A program made the translations under genes and the position numbers. A stretch of DNA of 64,000 nucleotides from Tubiluchus corallicola (taxonomy: Eukaryota; Animalia; Priapulida): contig JAQGDQ010000342.1 of the NCBI GenBank assembly GCA_030141605.1, forward strand, positions 124,001-188,000, given 5' to 3'. Below the pieces are notes generated by a model that made no database searches, was not told the DNA's origin, and saw only the letters and a program-made list of their open reading frames with translations. Positions 14,101 to 27,089 of this stretch are shown here, one piece after another. The first letter of the stretch is position 1. Every line of letters begins with the position of its first letter.

Positions 14101-17100
14101 CCATACAGGGATGAGAATGACAAATTGCAAAAAACTCTGAAACAGGCCGGGGGTTTAGAGACTACATAGGCCCCGATGGGGTTTCAAGGGGGCAAAGCAA
14201 CAAACTGCAATTTTGTGACCATACAGCCTCTAAGTGGACTTAAAATATCAATTACCTTGTTTCATGCATAATTTAAAATACCCAGCTATCAAGGATACAT
14301 GATACCTATTTGTCTCAAAAATGTCTAAGTACTGGCCGCTCCTATGCAAAAGTATATAAAAACTGTCTGCAATTGACTCAAATAACTCCACACAATTAGT
14401 TCTATATTTTTATACATAGAGATATACACGTGGTTACACTGATGTACGTGATGTAAACAAAGTGACGGCCTGCCAACTAGCGGTCAGCTTGTGAAATAAT
14501 GGACTGGGTCCGTAAAAATTTTCTCAATGAATTTTTGCAATTTACAAAAATGGCACTACTGGTCTTCCAAAAACTCGGAATTCCGCGTATCCGCGGAAAA
14601 TTCTCATCCCTGGACATAAGCGAATTGGACAGAACACTTGGTTGGTATTTGCACATGCCGGTTAATCAATAAAACATTGTACAGTGTGTTCCGAAAGAAA
14701 CAGTGCACCAAAAGTCTAATAAATGTTGTCATGCGTATATTGGAACGTACGAAAACTGAGTTACTATTGCATAATCTGTTGTTATATGATTTAACGCTTT
14801 AACCATATCTCTCTGTTATTTGATGAATATATTAACAGATTCGTGACTGGCGAATACACAATAAACTTGCAGCACAGCTGACTGAGAATTTTTCGCATAT
14901 TTGGAAAATCCGTTATGCAATAAATACATGAACAGAAGTTCAACTGCTGCCAGTTCTGAGTTACCTGGAGTCTGGTGACAACATACAAATTCATTTTTTA
15001 GAAAATAAGTGGCAAACAGCCAGCCAGCCAGACAGGGAGGCAGCCAGGGTGTTTTTGACAAATTGTAAAAACTTATGTATTTTAGTTATTATTTACTTTA
15101 AAGTCTAAAACTGCAGCTAAAGTAACAAAGATCAGTGATTTCATGTAATACCGTCGCTGTAAGCAAAGTTAGAATCACTGACTTCGTCTAAAACCTCGTA
15201 CAAATGAAGTTTTTTCGCTTTGACACAGAAGCCATTTTACACGGCAGATAATTTCCGCACATGACAAAGTTGGGTTGCTTTTAGTGAACTTACTGTCGTG
15301 TGCTGCCACCTACCAACAAATATTGCAAGTTTTTTTCATACAGACTCATGTGTCTTGCGTCTAGGCGCGAACGTCTACGTGACTTTGCATATATACGAAT
15401 ATACTCATTCTCTGTTAACTGTTTAAGTAAGAGATAACGGTTATATATATATATATGTTCAGACGTCAATATGTTAATATTTCACTGTTTCTTTTGCAAC
15501 AACCTGTATGTTTGCTATGCCCAAAAAAATTATTTTTGTTGGCATCCTTCTGTCTCGGAAGACAATGGAATGTGCGCCAAGAGAGTCCGATCCTTGAACG
15601 TCTCCAGGGAGTACGCCTGGGCAAGGTGTATGGAGATCCTGAGTTGCCCAGCCGCAGGAACCCCCTCTCTTCCTCCCTGGTGTAGTCCAAAGGAAAGCAG
15701 AGCAATACGTTTGGCAGCAGGTTGGCTGCAGGAGCTGCCGGAGTCAGTGAGCATTCTGGACTGGTCCGCCTTCAGGGCTCCACTACTGATTTGGAAGGTT
15801 TGCTCCTCTACACATGGCCGTTGGGTCACTTGACCTCCTCTGCCCTCTAGCCGTTGGCTGCTTGTGCAGCTCCTCCGCCTAGTGTCGACATACAGTGTGG
15901 GCATCCCACAAGCCTACGGCACCTGGTATTCCTAGGCGGTCACCCATCCAAGCACTAACCAGGCTCTACGTTGCTTAACTTCGGTGATCAGACGAGAACT
16001 GGTGTTTTCAACGTGATTTGGCCGTAGTCACCCAAAAAAATACTGCTGTACTAATACAGGTTCATGAACCACACCTTACAAACTTACCGTATTTTCCCGT
16101 GTATAAGAGACCCTTTTTTGCTCAGAATTTTCACTTTAAAAATAGGGGGTCTCTTATACATGGGAGTAAGTCTTTTCAATAAGATGCATAAATTGTGACA
16201 CTAATGATTTTAAAGAAATAAGTGCTCTACAACTGTTTTGCGTGTCGCGTTCGACTATGAAGCGGTTGTAAGCAATACAAGCATCGTGACACAGACATTA
16301 TCTCCTTTCCTGTTACAGGTTTGCAGGTACGCACTTTAATATATACCAGTACTCTTTTTCTACAACACATTAACTGGTTTTATTTTGTTTTCAGTACCGC
16401 ACTGAGTTGAAAAAAGTTGTACTTTACCCTCTAAAAATGTCCGTCTGAAAAAACTTTTTTCCAGAATTTTTGCCTAAAAATTGAAGGGGTCTCTTATACA
16501 CAAGGGTCTCTTATACACAAGGGTCTCTTATACACAAGGGTCTCTTATACACGGGAAAATACGGTAAATTGGACACTGATGAGCATTTGCTCTGGAAAAG
16601 CAGCTTTCACAAGAAGTAAACTACACACCTCTGTCTCAATGAGCAGCAACTGCAGCTTGGAGATCCCGGTAGAAAGAATGTCCAGGAATCCAAGCTTACT
16701 GGTTATAGTGTCCGCCAGCTCAGCGACCCTCGCCAGCACGTCGTCGTCGTCGTCCGTGGTGTTTACCGCATCTGTGAACATTGAGCAGCAAAGATGCTTC
16801 ATGAGGTACACTTTTGAAAAATTAGCTTCAATGACGAGCGCTAACACTAAGCGCGAAACTGGCAATATGCAAATCCTTTGAAATATAAAAACCTGAAGTA
16901 CAAGCTAAATACCTGTAAGCAAAACTACACATGCCATCACTACAATCCCAACTGAATAGAATAGCAAAGAATAGAATAGAATAGAATAGAATAGAATAGA
17001 ATGGAACGGAATGGAATGGAATAGAAGGGAATGGAACAGAATGGAATAGAATAAAACAGAATGGAAGGGAATGGAATAGAATGGAATTTTATTTGTTACA

Positions 17101-20100
17101 TGGAGCACATTACATTGTATACACAATATTTCCATAATGGTCCATGGCATGTAATTAAAATATAAAATAGAACAGAATGCATTAAATTAAACAAACTAAA
17201 AACTGACCAAAGTACTAAATCAATCAAGTCTGTAAAACTAGACACAGGCTGATAGCAAAAGTTTAATGAAATTAGACAAAAGTACTAAATCAGACAGCTT
17301 AAAGTTCTTTGCAAAATTAATCACAATAAAAACAAATATTGAACAGAATTGGGCAAAAATCATAATTTCGATAAATTATAAAATACTTTGCAAAATTAGA
17401 CATAAAAGCAAAGATAAGTTTGTAAAAGCTTCAGTAAATAAATCTTAAATGTGTTTGTTTACTTTATTAGCAAAAGTATCAAGCAGTTATTACACTTGAA
17501 TGATCAGAATTTGAAATAAGCTGAAACATCCCCCCCTCCCCAAGTGCCTCTAAGTTTGGCAGTTGTTCAGTGTCACCGCCCCCCCCCCCTCCCCAACTCA
17601 TTTTGATAACATGCTAAGAAACTTTCAATTTGCACAAAGCACTGGACATAAAACTATAATTTTTTGGCTAACAAAATTTTGTAGTTCAGATCGGAACCTG
17701 GCATAAGTAAATTGTAGCTCCAAGAGTTACTTCAACGAAATGGCCGTTAAGACATGTATTCAAGCAAAAACAATACCTGCTGCGAGACCTTCGGCCGTTT
17801 TTCTGTCCGCGTTCTTCGTGTCTTTCTTCTTCTCTTCCTTTTCAAGTTTTTCAAGCTCTTGCTAAATGTTCAAATAAAAAAAAAAAAAACGATGAAAAGT
17901 TCCGTGAAGGTCAAACTACATGCCGTAAAAATGAACAATCTGCATCCTGTTCAGGATCGTGACATCCGGTAACGGATGCGGCAGAAATGTTTGTTATATT
18001 TTGCATTCATTGCACTTCTATTCATTACTCGGTGACGCCGAAAATGAACAGGTGAATGCCATCACACGAACAAAATGCTAAACAAATGAAATATCTTCTA
18101 CGGTGATTTGTAAATCGGCAATACAGATCCGGATCCACCCGGAACCCGCACAACTGAATCCGGTACATTACTATTAAAAACTAATAAAAAGTGCAAAACA
18201 CAAATACATAAAACAATTAGGTAAGTAACAACATAAACTGACAATTTACCTGCTTTTTCAAAAGCTGTAGCTCTAATTCCATCTCTTCTATCTCGTCAGG
18301 GAATGACTGGTTATCTGCCTCTGCATCGTCTTCAACAGCACTTACGATGCTTTTGTGTACATCGCTGGATGCTTAGCAAATAAAAAAACATAAGCAGAAA
18401 GCACTTGCAATTTATTAATATACGCAAAATTTTTATCTTCATCGGAATAGCGAGGCCACTATGTCCATTTACTGACAGATGTTAAGCAATAAGCGACATG
18501 ATGGTAAAATTGCTCCGGGCTGTGCTGTGTGCCACGTCACTGCTGATTGTCTATCTCATTGAGGGAAGATGAGCATTTATCTAAACAGGCTAACACAACT
18601 GCTGGTTAAGATCAGATCTTAGAGGATTTTCCTTGACAATATGATAAGGTGTGGTTCTACCCAATTCACCCACGTAATAAATAGTAACCCTGCCAATGAG
18701 TGACAGAAGTCAGAAAAACAATTGCACCATAAATAAAAAAAGACACCACACAAACTGTGACCAAACCACTAAGCGATTATTGCGACATTAGACTTTGTTG
18801 TGGTTACTTCGTGAAAATATTACTTGCAACACAGTGCATTTTCTATCAAAACATGATGAAGTGCCAAAACAAGTAAACAGAAAATACAAACAACCAAACA
18901 AGTAAATAAACAGGCACCTAAGTAAACAAACAAAGAGAGAAACCAATGAACAAGCAAGCAAACAAAAAATACCCAAATAAAAAAGTAAACACAATAGTAA
19001 GAGTTCAAATGTATAAATAAAATCTCTGCAATTTACCATTATCCTTCACATACGGCACCAACTTTTTCTTCTTGTCTTTCTCAGACGATGTTAGCTTGTG
19101 TTTTCCCCGACGGCGAGGAGCCTTGTGCTGCGTCTTCTTTTCCCCGGCGAACTCAGAAATGGGAACACCCTTTTCCGACAGTTTTGGCTTTTCAGTATGT
19201 TTAAATGGTGGTAACTGTGGTCCAATTTCTGCAACGGGTTCAGGCCACAACGGTCCATCAGGCAAGATTACTGCTGCACTTTCTGTACCATCAGTTTTGC
19301 TGAGATAATCAGGTGCAAGACTTACAACGGGCTCCTTTTGTTGCTTGCCTCGAAGAGACACTGGTAACTGACCAACGGTCAGAGAATTCACACTTGACAC
19401 ATCTAACATATTTGTTGACTGTTTACTTTTCATTTTGGTATTTAGTTCTGTTTTATCAGCCGCTTTTACGTCTTTACTTGGCAATTCTGACGGTGTTACT
19501 TCACCACGATTAAAATTCACAGGAAACTGACTATTAGAATCTTCTTGTTGGCTGAATTCATTTATAAACTCAGATGTTGCTTCATCCGGCATTGTCGCTT
19601 TGCTAAAAATAAAACAGATTTTGAGGATCAATCCGGTTTAAAAACCGCACTCATCCTAACACAATCACCAAAATGCAACAGTAGCAATACATGTAGAGAA
19701 AAAACATTGAGAATATGTAAAAAGTTTACACGAAACATAATTTAAACAGGCGCCAGATAAAACCTAAAAGAGATATGTTGTCTTTGAAATTCAAGTTTAG
19801 ACATTTATGCACAAAATTTGAGATACACAAACAAATTTTCAATGGCACTTTAAAAAAACGTCACTTGAAATTACTGATAATCTATGTGGTACACAAATTC
19901 AATTGTTGTTAAAGATAACAGATTTTTCTTCATTAAGGTTGGATGAGATTTTGCCAAATTTAAGTAAATCAAGTGCTGTAACAGCCCACAAACTGTTGGT
20001 TACTGCCATATCTTTGTAAACTGTATATTTTTATACGAAATAAACTCATAATAAAAAATAATAAGACTTCAAACTCTCATTGACAGCGCTTAGAAAAACA

Positions 20101-23100
20101 TAGGCGACTGAAGACAGAACCACCCAGGGACCAGGCCCACCCAAAGGGTAAACAATCAGATGCTTCATTAAACCAATTACTCTCTCCACACAATTAGACA
20201 TTGCACTGCTTAAAGCTCATAATTCGAATACCTCGACAGTTTCAAGCAACTAAACATTTAAGCCCCATGTTCAATACTGTCCAATGGACAGACTGCGCAA
20301 AATTTGTCAGCCTCCATTCCCCACTAGTTGCTACAATAATGTCAAGTCTTTATCCCCAGAGTTTGAAGACATAAGATCAACCATGTTACTGAAACATCCC
20401 GAGCCCAGTCACGCAAACAAGGATGAGCTGTGCCCAAATTTCAATAAACAAATTACCCGAAACATTAATTATCTATGGGGGCAGATTTAATGCCGCAGTT
20501 CAAACACTGAAAGATATTTGCCAGACTCCTATATTCAAAGTACAACTTGTCATTCCCTTAGCTAGCTGCTGGAATAGCTTCGAAACCCAATGTCAAATGC
20601 TCAATGAGCAGGCTGCATAACATTATGGATATCCGTAAAATAAGATCAAAAATCCATAAAATAAAATTTGAAAAATCCATAAAATAAGAAATGCATGAAA
20701 TAAAAAAATATTTTTTTTGTGATTTTTTGTACAAAATAATGCAATCAAAACTGACTACAGGCATTGGATCGGAAACTTCAGCCTAGAGGGCATTCTACAT
20801 TCGTACCAAATAGATGAATTATTTGAAATGAAGTGATGAATTACAAGGCATTGTCTCGTAAAATTTGATTAAATTTGAAGTGATATGAAACCGATAAAAT
20901 TAAAACCAAGTCCTGCGTGTTTAAAAACACGTTTGAAGCACTCCTGTTTTTACTTTTTAATTGATTTCCGACTGGGCATCTCGTTCCAGATATAGTCTAT
21001 TTTGTATTTTATTTATTTTATACATATCCATAATCTTATGCACCCTGTCAATGAGCTACAACTGAACGGACGTTGATTAAAATCCACGACGATCTGAGCG
21101 CAAGCACCCAAATGTTTTTCAGGTAACTCTTTGAAAAAAAAATTAATTTGCAAATTTCTAAATAACCAGGCATGCAAAAGCAAAACAAAGATGATTATCC
21201 ACGCAGCTGAATACCATGCATCTTCCGTAGTCATGGAAGCAACTTGCTGCTGCAATTCTTCGGGCACATCCCAGGTGACTTCGTTAGTTTCTGTGTTCCA
21301 GTAGTAATAATACTGAACGTTGTCGTCCCAGATCTGCTGCCACCTTGAGGTTGGTTCCGGAACTGAAAAATGATAGTATATGGAGAGACGTTAAGTACGC
21401 AGAGCAAAAATATATAAAATAGCAAAATCATGCCAGAAAAGAAAAGTGAGTTTGTTTTGTTTGTAGCTAAAGAATGAAAGAATGTAGGAAAGAAGGAAAG
21501 AGCCTGTAAAACAAGTAACAGGTGAATAAATAGTTGAATATTACAAAAAATAGAAATAACGAATGGCTTATGTGAAGGAATTATAGTTACGTCAGTTGCC
21601 CGTTGCAGTGTGCTTTCACTTTTCAGTCATTCAGATATCTGATGGTAGGGAAAGTGCAGCAGCAATCTTGCCTGATGGACCATTGTGGCCTGAACCCGTT
21701 GCAGAAATTGGACCACAGTAACCACCATTTAAACATAGTGAAAAGCCAAAACTGTCGGAAAAGGACGTTCCCGTTTTTAAGTTTGTTAGAATATAATATA
21801 TGACAGCACCACTTGCCTCTCAGAAACACACTGCGCAACAACAAGGACCCTACCTCATTAGTAGAATACGTTCCACTTGTGATGTAAGCACAGCATCTTA
21901 AAATCATGCGTTAGCCCAACAATACTGTCAAAATTCGCCAAGTTTGCATGTCTCACAGTCGATGTTATATCGCAGCACCATACTTTAATTTTGGCTTTCG
22001 CAAACGCTGCGAACCTTTCTGCCATTTATAAATTTTTCCCGCTTGTAACGTTTCAGGTGCTTTAGCTGTGTTGCCGACCATTAATTGGGTTTAAAAGCTG
22101 ATATTTAATTATCAGAACCATTCTGGCAATAAAAGTTTAAAATTGATTATGGTATAACAATGAAATGAGTTGATCAAACTGGGGTAGGACCTAAAAAATC
22201 ATTCTGTTTTCTTATAAAGTGACAATTCGTTACAAAATGAAAGCAACTGCGTCTTATGAAGAGGATGTAACTCAGGGCTGTGCAAGTTGCGGCCCGTGGG
22301 CCACTTGCGGCCCGTCGAGAGAATTTGTGAACCTAATGAAAGTGCGGCCCGGGCGATTAATTGAGTGTGTCAAGCTGAAGTCCGTACCATGATCCCAAAG
22401 ATAGTGCGGGTAGTTTTTTCTACTAGATCGGATGCCAATAACCCTTACAAGACAGTTGTAGCTTAATGTCACTGTACTACACAGACTGTGTGATACACAT
22501 TACTAATATGCACTGTATTGAAATTACCACTATCTGTCCTGAAAGTAGAAATATATGGTTTGTAATATAAATTTTAATAACTTCTAAAATAGTTCCTTGA
22601 GTGTAGTAGTAATGATGTACGCAGGTCAGATGCAAAAAAATCGTTATTAGGTCCTACTGTACTTGACCAAACTGCCTGTGGCCTGCAGGAATTGCGGGAA
22701 AGTTTAATGTGGCCCGGCTAGTCAGATAATTTGCACACCCCTGGTATAACTATAGAAAAATACATAGAATACCTGCAGGTGTTGCTGCTGAATCCTCAGC
22801 TAGAATTTCTTCTGCATCACTTGCATCAACAACATCGTCTATCGATTCAATCTCCTGGAATCAAAAACTTTTGACTATTTTATACAAAATCAAATTGTTG
22901 CAGTTCAAAGACTTTAATCGTTTTCTATCCAACTAACCGATCAATTTGCAAATTACAATTTAATTTTAAATGTAAAGTGCATCAGTTACTCTTCTCTTTT
23001 CTCCTGCCCCTTTTCATCTTTTATCTTCTTGTTTGAGGAGCAAATATTGTGATTTTCTCAGTTCTTCTCAAAGAAAACAAAGGTAAACCTCTCATTCTGC

Positions 23101-24959
23101 ACTCCTCAGTTGAGCTAGACTGTCAGTGGTAGCTTGATTTGAAAAATGAACTATTCTACTGTTCTTACAGTAAGTGATGTTCATCAGACTCACGGTTAAA
23201 GGAGTCAGTCACTTAACCCTTTCAGTCGCAAATTATTTTTTTAATAAGAAAAAATTTTTTGGCTCGGTACTTTTGTTCAGTATGTCCATCTTGTTTACAC
23301 ATAATAATCATTTTTTTCTACCTCTGCCCTCGTGCTAAATATAGCCAGTATCCCACGGGATACATTGGGATTCAATGGAAGCATCAAATGTGCTTCATTT
23401 TGCAACTGCTGATAATTTTTTAAAGTATCTAAGACATTTAGTTATGATCTGTACAAAGTCGTCTCTAAAGTAAGCTTTTAAGCTTTTAAGCTATGTAGAT
23501 TTTCTAGTTTGCCATTTTATCACCATTTTTAGTCTATTGTTATTGGCTTAAATCAAAATAACTATTAACAGATCAAATAACTGTCAGTTTTAAAATTTTA
23601 TTAATTTTAAAGGCAGAAAATATTCTCGTATTCCACGGGATACAACGAGTATGAAAGGGTTAATTGACTCAAAAACATCTGACACTCCTATTCAAATGTA
23701 TATAAAAATTGTCGACAATTGACTCAAGTAACTCTGCATAATTAACTCAATATTTTTCCCTCAAAATAAGACACTTGTGAATGACCATAAAGCTCTTATT
23801 GCTTTCATATCATCTTAATGTCGCTTTTGTGCGCTATAATATACGTAGAAACAGTCGTGTTAAGTATAGTTTTGTTTGAAAGCAGGTAAGTACATTTATC
23901 GCGCTAATATACTAGCATATACCTGCTTTGAATCTGTCACCAACTCGTCTGCATTAAGTGAAAATTTACTAGCTTGGAACCATTTAGATACGTCACCCAA
24001 AATAGTATTTATATTATTTACAGAAAAATTATCAATCTCAACTGGAACATAATTTAATCAACTTTAACAATTTCTTTTAGTTTTGTCAAAGTACAGTGTA
24101 TAACTATAACTGTATTACAAAATTACGTAACTAATGATTTTTCATTTTTTCAATAATGGATGAGTCCGAGTACAGTTGACATTCTCTGACCGTATACATG
24201 TACATTAAACGAAGCAAAATATCGATTATCGTAAAATTTAGTCCATTACGGGCTTGAACTAGAAAATACCTTTAAGAAATCAATGAGCTTGTTATCAACA
24301 CCATCATCAGAGCTTGCCTGTACCCTGGCTTGTGATTGGCTGGGCTTATCAGGATCGAAGATGCCATACTGAGGCGGCTCACTGACAGCAGTGTAAAGGT
24401 CCTGTCGGCGATCTATGATAGAAAGTTATGCAAGAATAATAATATAGTTCAAGATAAATTATTATTTAAAGGCCTATATAACTCCAGCAGATGTCGCTCA
24501 AGTTTTTTTAACACATTATTGTGATTACACAAAGAATTCATAGTTGTCGTTATTAAACAAAAGAAACTTGCAAATTAAATAACCCACCTTTTTCTGGCGA
24601 ATTTCGAAAGTGTGCGCATTGCCGTAAGATCGCCATAATTCGCGTCTTTGGCGCGAGCAAACAAGAATGACGTGCGAGGTATAGAAAGCGTGTTTGGCCA
24701 GGGACATGATCCAGGGCCTATTTCAGCCTAGGCGAGGCCCGGGGAAGTGGGGTGTGTGAGACCCCATCGGTAAAATTTTTGAACTGCTAGAACGCCGGAG
24801 AAGCATTTTCAAAGAGAAAATATGGAGTTATACAGTTGTTAAAGGAAAGAGCAATCGAAAGAAAAACTGCTTTATTCTCAAGACCAGTCCTTAACACTTG
24901 TCAATACTGGCAAACGGCGTGTGTGCGGCAAGAGAGAGAGACAGGGAGAGAGAGAGAGA

Positions 24960-25013
<54 letters not shown>

Positions 25014-25728
25014 GTAGGTTCGCGTAAAGCAAAAAAAATGTTACCTTGGCGCGAGGACCCCCTAGAGGGTGAGGCCCCGGGGAAGTATCCCCACTTGAAA
25101 TAGGCCCTGGGGACGTCACTTTACCGATCTTTGGTGACACTCATAACGTGTCACTCGTCTCGCACAACAAAAAATGCTGGTTCTTCAAATTTAATATCGC
25201 TGACAACGAAGTGATAAAAAATCAAAACAAACAAGTTTTACAGTTTATGTTGAAATAAATTGAATATTCGTACTGAGAGTAGGATTTTAAGTTGTAAAAG
25301 CTTATATTATAGTGAGAGTTTAGTTTGACTTTAAGGAAAGAAAAACATTTGAAACGCGAGCAACACATAACAGAAAAGTTCTCATTTAATTTCTGCTAAC
25401 TGCAAAGACATTTCACAAAAATTCAACAGAGACGGTTTTGGGTTAACATCACAGACAATGTGACCAAGAAAACCAACATTTGTAACTTGAATTTTGTTAA
25501 TTTCGTATGTCTAAAAACTGTCTACGTTTAGTAAAAAACTAATTTGTACTTGCGACCAAGTAGGAAAGAGATCTAACTACTGAGTAGCCTCCTATATTTT
25601 ATCAGAAGTATAAACACAGACAAATAATTTGGATCATAAAAACTGTTCATTTGTTTACCTTTGTCGTCATCAAGCTGAAGAACTGTTCTCCGTCGGCCAA
25701 ACACTTGCCGGTCCTTTTTCTTGCCCAT
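7603..25728 (-). CDS. FNBP4: Formin-binding protein 4-like WW-domain protein, 14 coding exons, ~1263 aa
   Basis: Exons, all GT-AG with consistent phases, 3792 nt total: 25728-25659, 24412-24270, 22854-22773, 21362-21215, 19602-19037, 18371-18250, 17861-17777, 16771-16629, 14006-13873, 13222-12114, 11815-11406, 10860-10363, 8819-8653, 7717-7603. Motifs: N-terminus MGKKKDRQVFGRRRTVLQL; WW1 WQQIWDDNVQYYYYWNTETNEVTWDVP; LADTITSKLGFL..LLLIETE/TRMKDWQEG; WW2 PPGWSCCWDRTYKRYFYVNDITGESQWDYP; C-terminal MVQKWQQI..IEQWKKQ..NPNFTPVSMDWQTR. All resemble recalled FNBP4 motifs. Confidence 0.92.
7773..8647. repeat. 36-bp minisatellite, ~24 copies, filling the last FNBP4 intron
   Basis: Unit GAAATTCCTACAGTTACGGTGCATTTACACGGCCGA, head-to-tail with no spacers; 12-aa periodicity in the ORF track. 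Confidence 0.97.
9760..10325 (-). mobile_element. 5'-truncated LINE (CR1/L2-group) 3' end
   Basis: ORF 10013-10321 (MYHYHNSLLPPAFQSYF..HDHYTRYS..KIWSSIPREMKN..FKK) is typical of the ORF2 C-terminus after the RT domain, and is followed by an AT-rich 3' UTR. Confidence 0.7.
10922..11160. repeat. (CT)n microsatellite with a long poly(T) tract
   Basis: Direct inspection. Confidence 0.95.
14106..14612. mobile_element. Non-autonomous hAT-like DNA element
   Basis: 13-bp TIRs CAGGGATGAGAAT / ATTCTCATCCCTG; no clean TSD. Confidence 0.6.
15531..16030 (-). mobile_element. 5S rRNA-derived SINE (SINE3-type), 500 bp
   Basis: Full-length 5S head (16029-15910), GC-rich ~370-bp body, A-rich tail CAACAAAAATAA, and a perfect 11-bp TSD CCCAAAAAAAT at 15520-15530 and 16031-16041. 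Confidence 0.85.
15910..16029 (-). rRNA. 5S rRNA-like sequence (head of the SINE; probably not a functional 5S gene)
   Basis: GACTACGGCCAAATCACGTTGAAAACACCAGTTCTCGTCTGATCACCGAAGTTAAGCAACGTAGAGCCTGGTTAGTGCTTGGATGGGTGACCGCCTAGGAATACCAGGTGCCGTAGGCTT; no oligo-T terminator follows. Confidence 0.75.
16087..16564. mobile_element. Tc1/mariner-pogo (Tc2-like) MITE
   Basis: Perfect TIR CCGTATTTTCCCGTGTATAAGAGACCC, TA TSDs at 16085-16086 and 16565-16566, and four tandem 17-bp subterminal repeats at the right end. Confidence 0.9.
16954..17086. repeat. (GAATA/GAATG)n pentanucleotide repeat, likely the tail of a minus-strand LINE remnant
   Basis: Direct inspection; adjacent TTTATT (AATAAA on the minus strand). 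Confidence 0.8.
21639..21784 (+). repeat. Inverted intronic copy of part of FNBP4 exon 5 (19150-19294)
   Basis: The plus strand here reads like the sense strand of exon 5 (gaaagtgcagcagcaatcttgcctgatggaccattgtggcctgaacccgttgcagaaattggaccacag...), roughly 90% identical by eye, with weaker similarity out to ~21590-21890. Confidence 0.9.
22273..22743. mobile_element. hAT (Charlie-like) MITE
   Basis: Ends CAGGGCTGTGCAA / TTGCACACCCCTG, subterminal GCGGCCCG motifs, decayed 8-bp TSD ATGTAACT / GTATAACT. A related short copy lies at 42396-42539. Confidence 0.8.
23217..23659. mobile_element. piggyBac-like MITE
   Basis: TTAA on both sides (23213-23216, 23660-23663), ends CCCTTTCA / TGAAAGGG, and the internal palindrome GTATCCCACGGGATAC occurs twice. 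Confidence 0.75.
24712..25109. mobile_element. hAT-like MITE containing a (GA)n microsatellite
   Basis: 14-bp TIRs CAGGGCCTATTTCA / TGAAATAGGCCCTG; same family as 56269-56339. Confidence 0.8.
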
Positions 25729-26159
25729 ATTAAACTGACCTCTTCATCCTCTTAGAGCAAGCTATCTAACGCCACCTGTAGAAAAGTAAAACATTTTAGA
25801 AAATATCATTAGTTAATTATGACTGTAACTGCCTGTACTACTTATAAATTGGATGCATGTTTGTGCAGAAATACATGCTTGCATATTAGCAAGTATAAAC
25901 TAGCAGCCTAGTAGTATAACAATTCGTTGTCACTTGCTTGATATAACAGGGATTTAGGCACCAGACGGATGGATGGATGGACAGAAAAATTCTGCATCGA
26001 CTGACAGAGTCGGATTTTTTATTTGCTACCTTACACTATATTCCTATCTAAAAAACGAATCGTTAGGTTTGAACATTCACTTTCTGTGTTACGGTGACAA
26101 TAATATATATATTATTAAGTTTAGTATATATTAGACAAGTAGTATATATATATCTAGAC

Positions 26160-26580
26160 AAGCGCAAATTTGAATTTCTTGATACAGTAATCATTCTGAG
26201 GTTATATAAGTCATTGATCAGACCATCCTTGATTACGCAGATGTGGTGTAGAACCCATCAAGACAAGATTCTATCCGCACAGTAAACAAATTTCAACGAA
26301 GAATGACCAAGTTGATTCGAGGAATGAGTAACCCAACCTATTCACAAAGGCCTCAAGAAATTTGTCTAACCACACATAAGTATAGATGCATAAGACAGGA
26401 TTTGATACAAGCTTTTAGAATTCTACATGGTACTGACAAAACATACATGCATGATTATGTTACAAGATGTCAACAACAATAAAAGACAAGAGGTCATTCA
26501 TGCATATTGCTCAAGCATCGTATCCAGGGCAGTTGGTCAAAACGTCAGCATGTATTTTCATTCGGGTTGTCTAAAATACA
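26160..26580 (+). mobile_element. Decayed CR1-like LINE ORF2 fragment
   Basis: Translates to LYKSLIRP..., then QRRMTKLIRGM and D(L)IQAFRIL-like segments, with frameshifts. Confidence 0.6.
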
Positions 26581-27089
26581 CAAAAGTACAAATGAACATG
26601 GGAGAAAGGGTGGCAAAAAACCAAAGGTTATCGAGTCAACCACCCTTCTCAAAGGACAGTAAACAAAAGGACGCTAATGACAGTAGACACAACTATATTA
26701 AAAAATACATAAACGTGCAGAAATACAATAACAAAAATACAAGATTACAACAGCAAAAAAAACAAAAATCAAAAACCCTGACAAATTTATGAACTACTAA
26801 GCAACTCATTGAAAATACCTCACAATTGTTTCTGAGTGAAATCATTATGTTCAGTTTAAGCTAGTTTAGTATAATGGAGGGGCAAATAGCACTCATGCTA
26901 ATACCCCCATTCTGGATTCTAATGTTCACCTCATATCAATTACTACGCCTACAACAGGCTGAAAAAGAATTCACTTTATTAGAATTAGGATACTGAAGTA
27001 CCTACCGACGAACAAAATTTTAATAATAACTTGAACTTCTTCATATACAGCTTTCAATCTCCATGTAATGTACATTTTTGGGTATAATC

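Noticed and set aside
15910-16029. Functional 5S rRNA gene
   Set aside because: Single copy, no oligo-T terminator, and continuous with a body and tail enclosed by a TSD.
20080-20620. Possible retroelement remnant or extra exon in FNBP4 intron 4
   Set aside because: No interpretable frame, and the exon phases already close without it.
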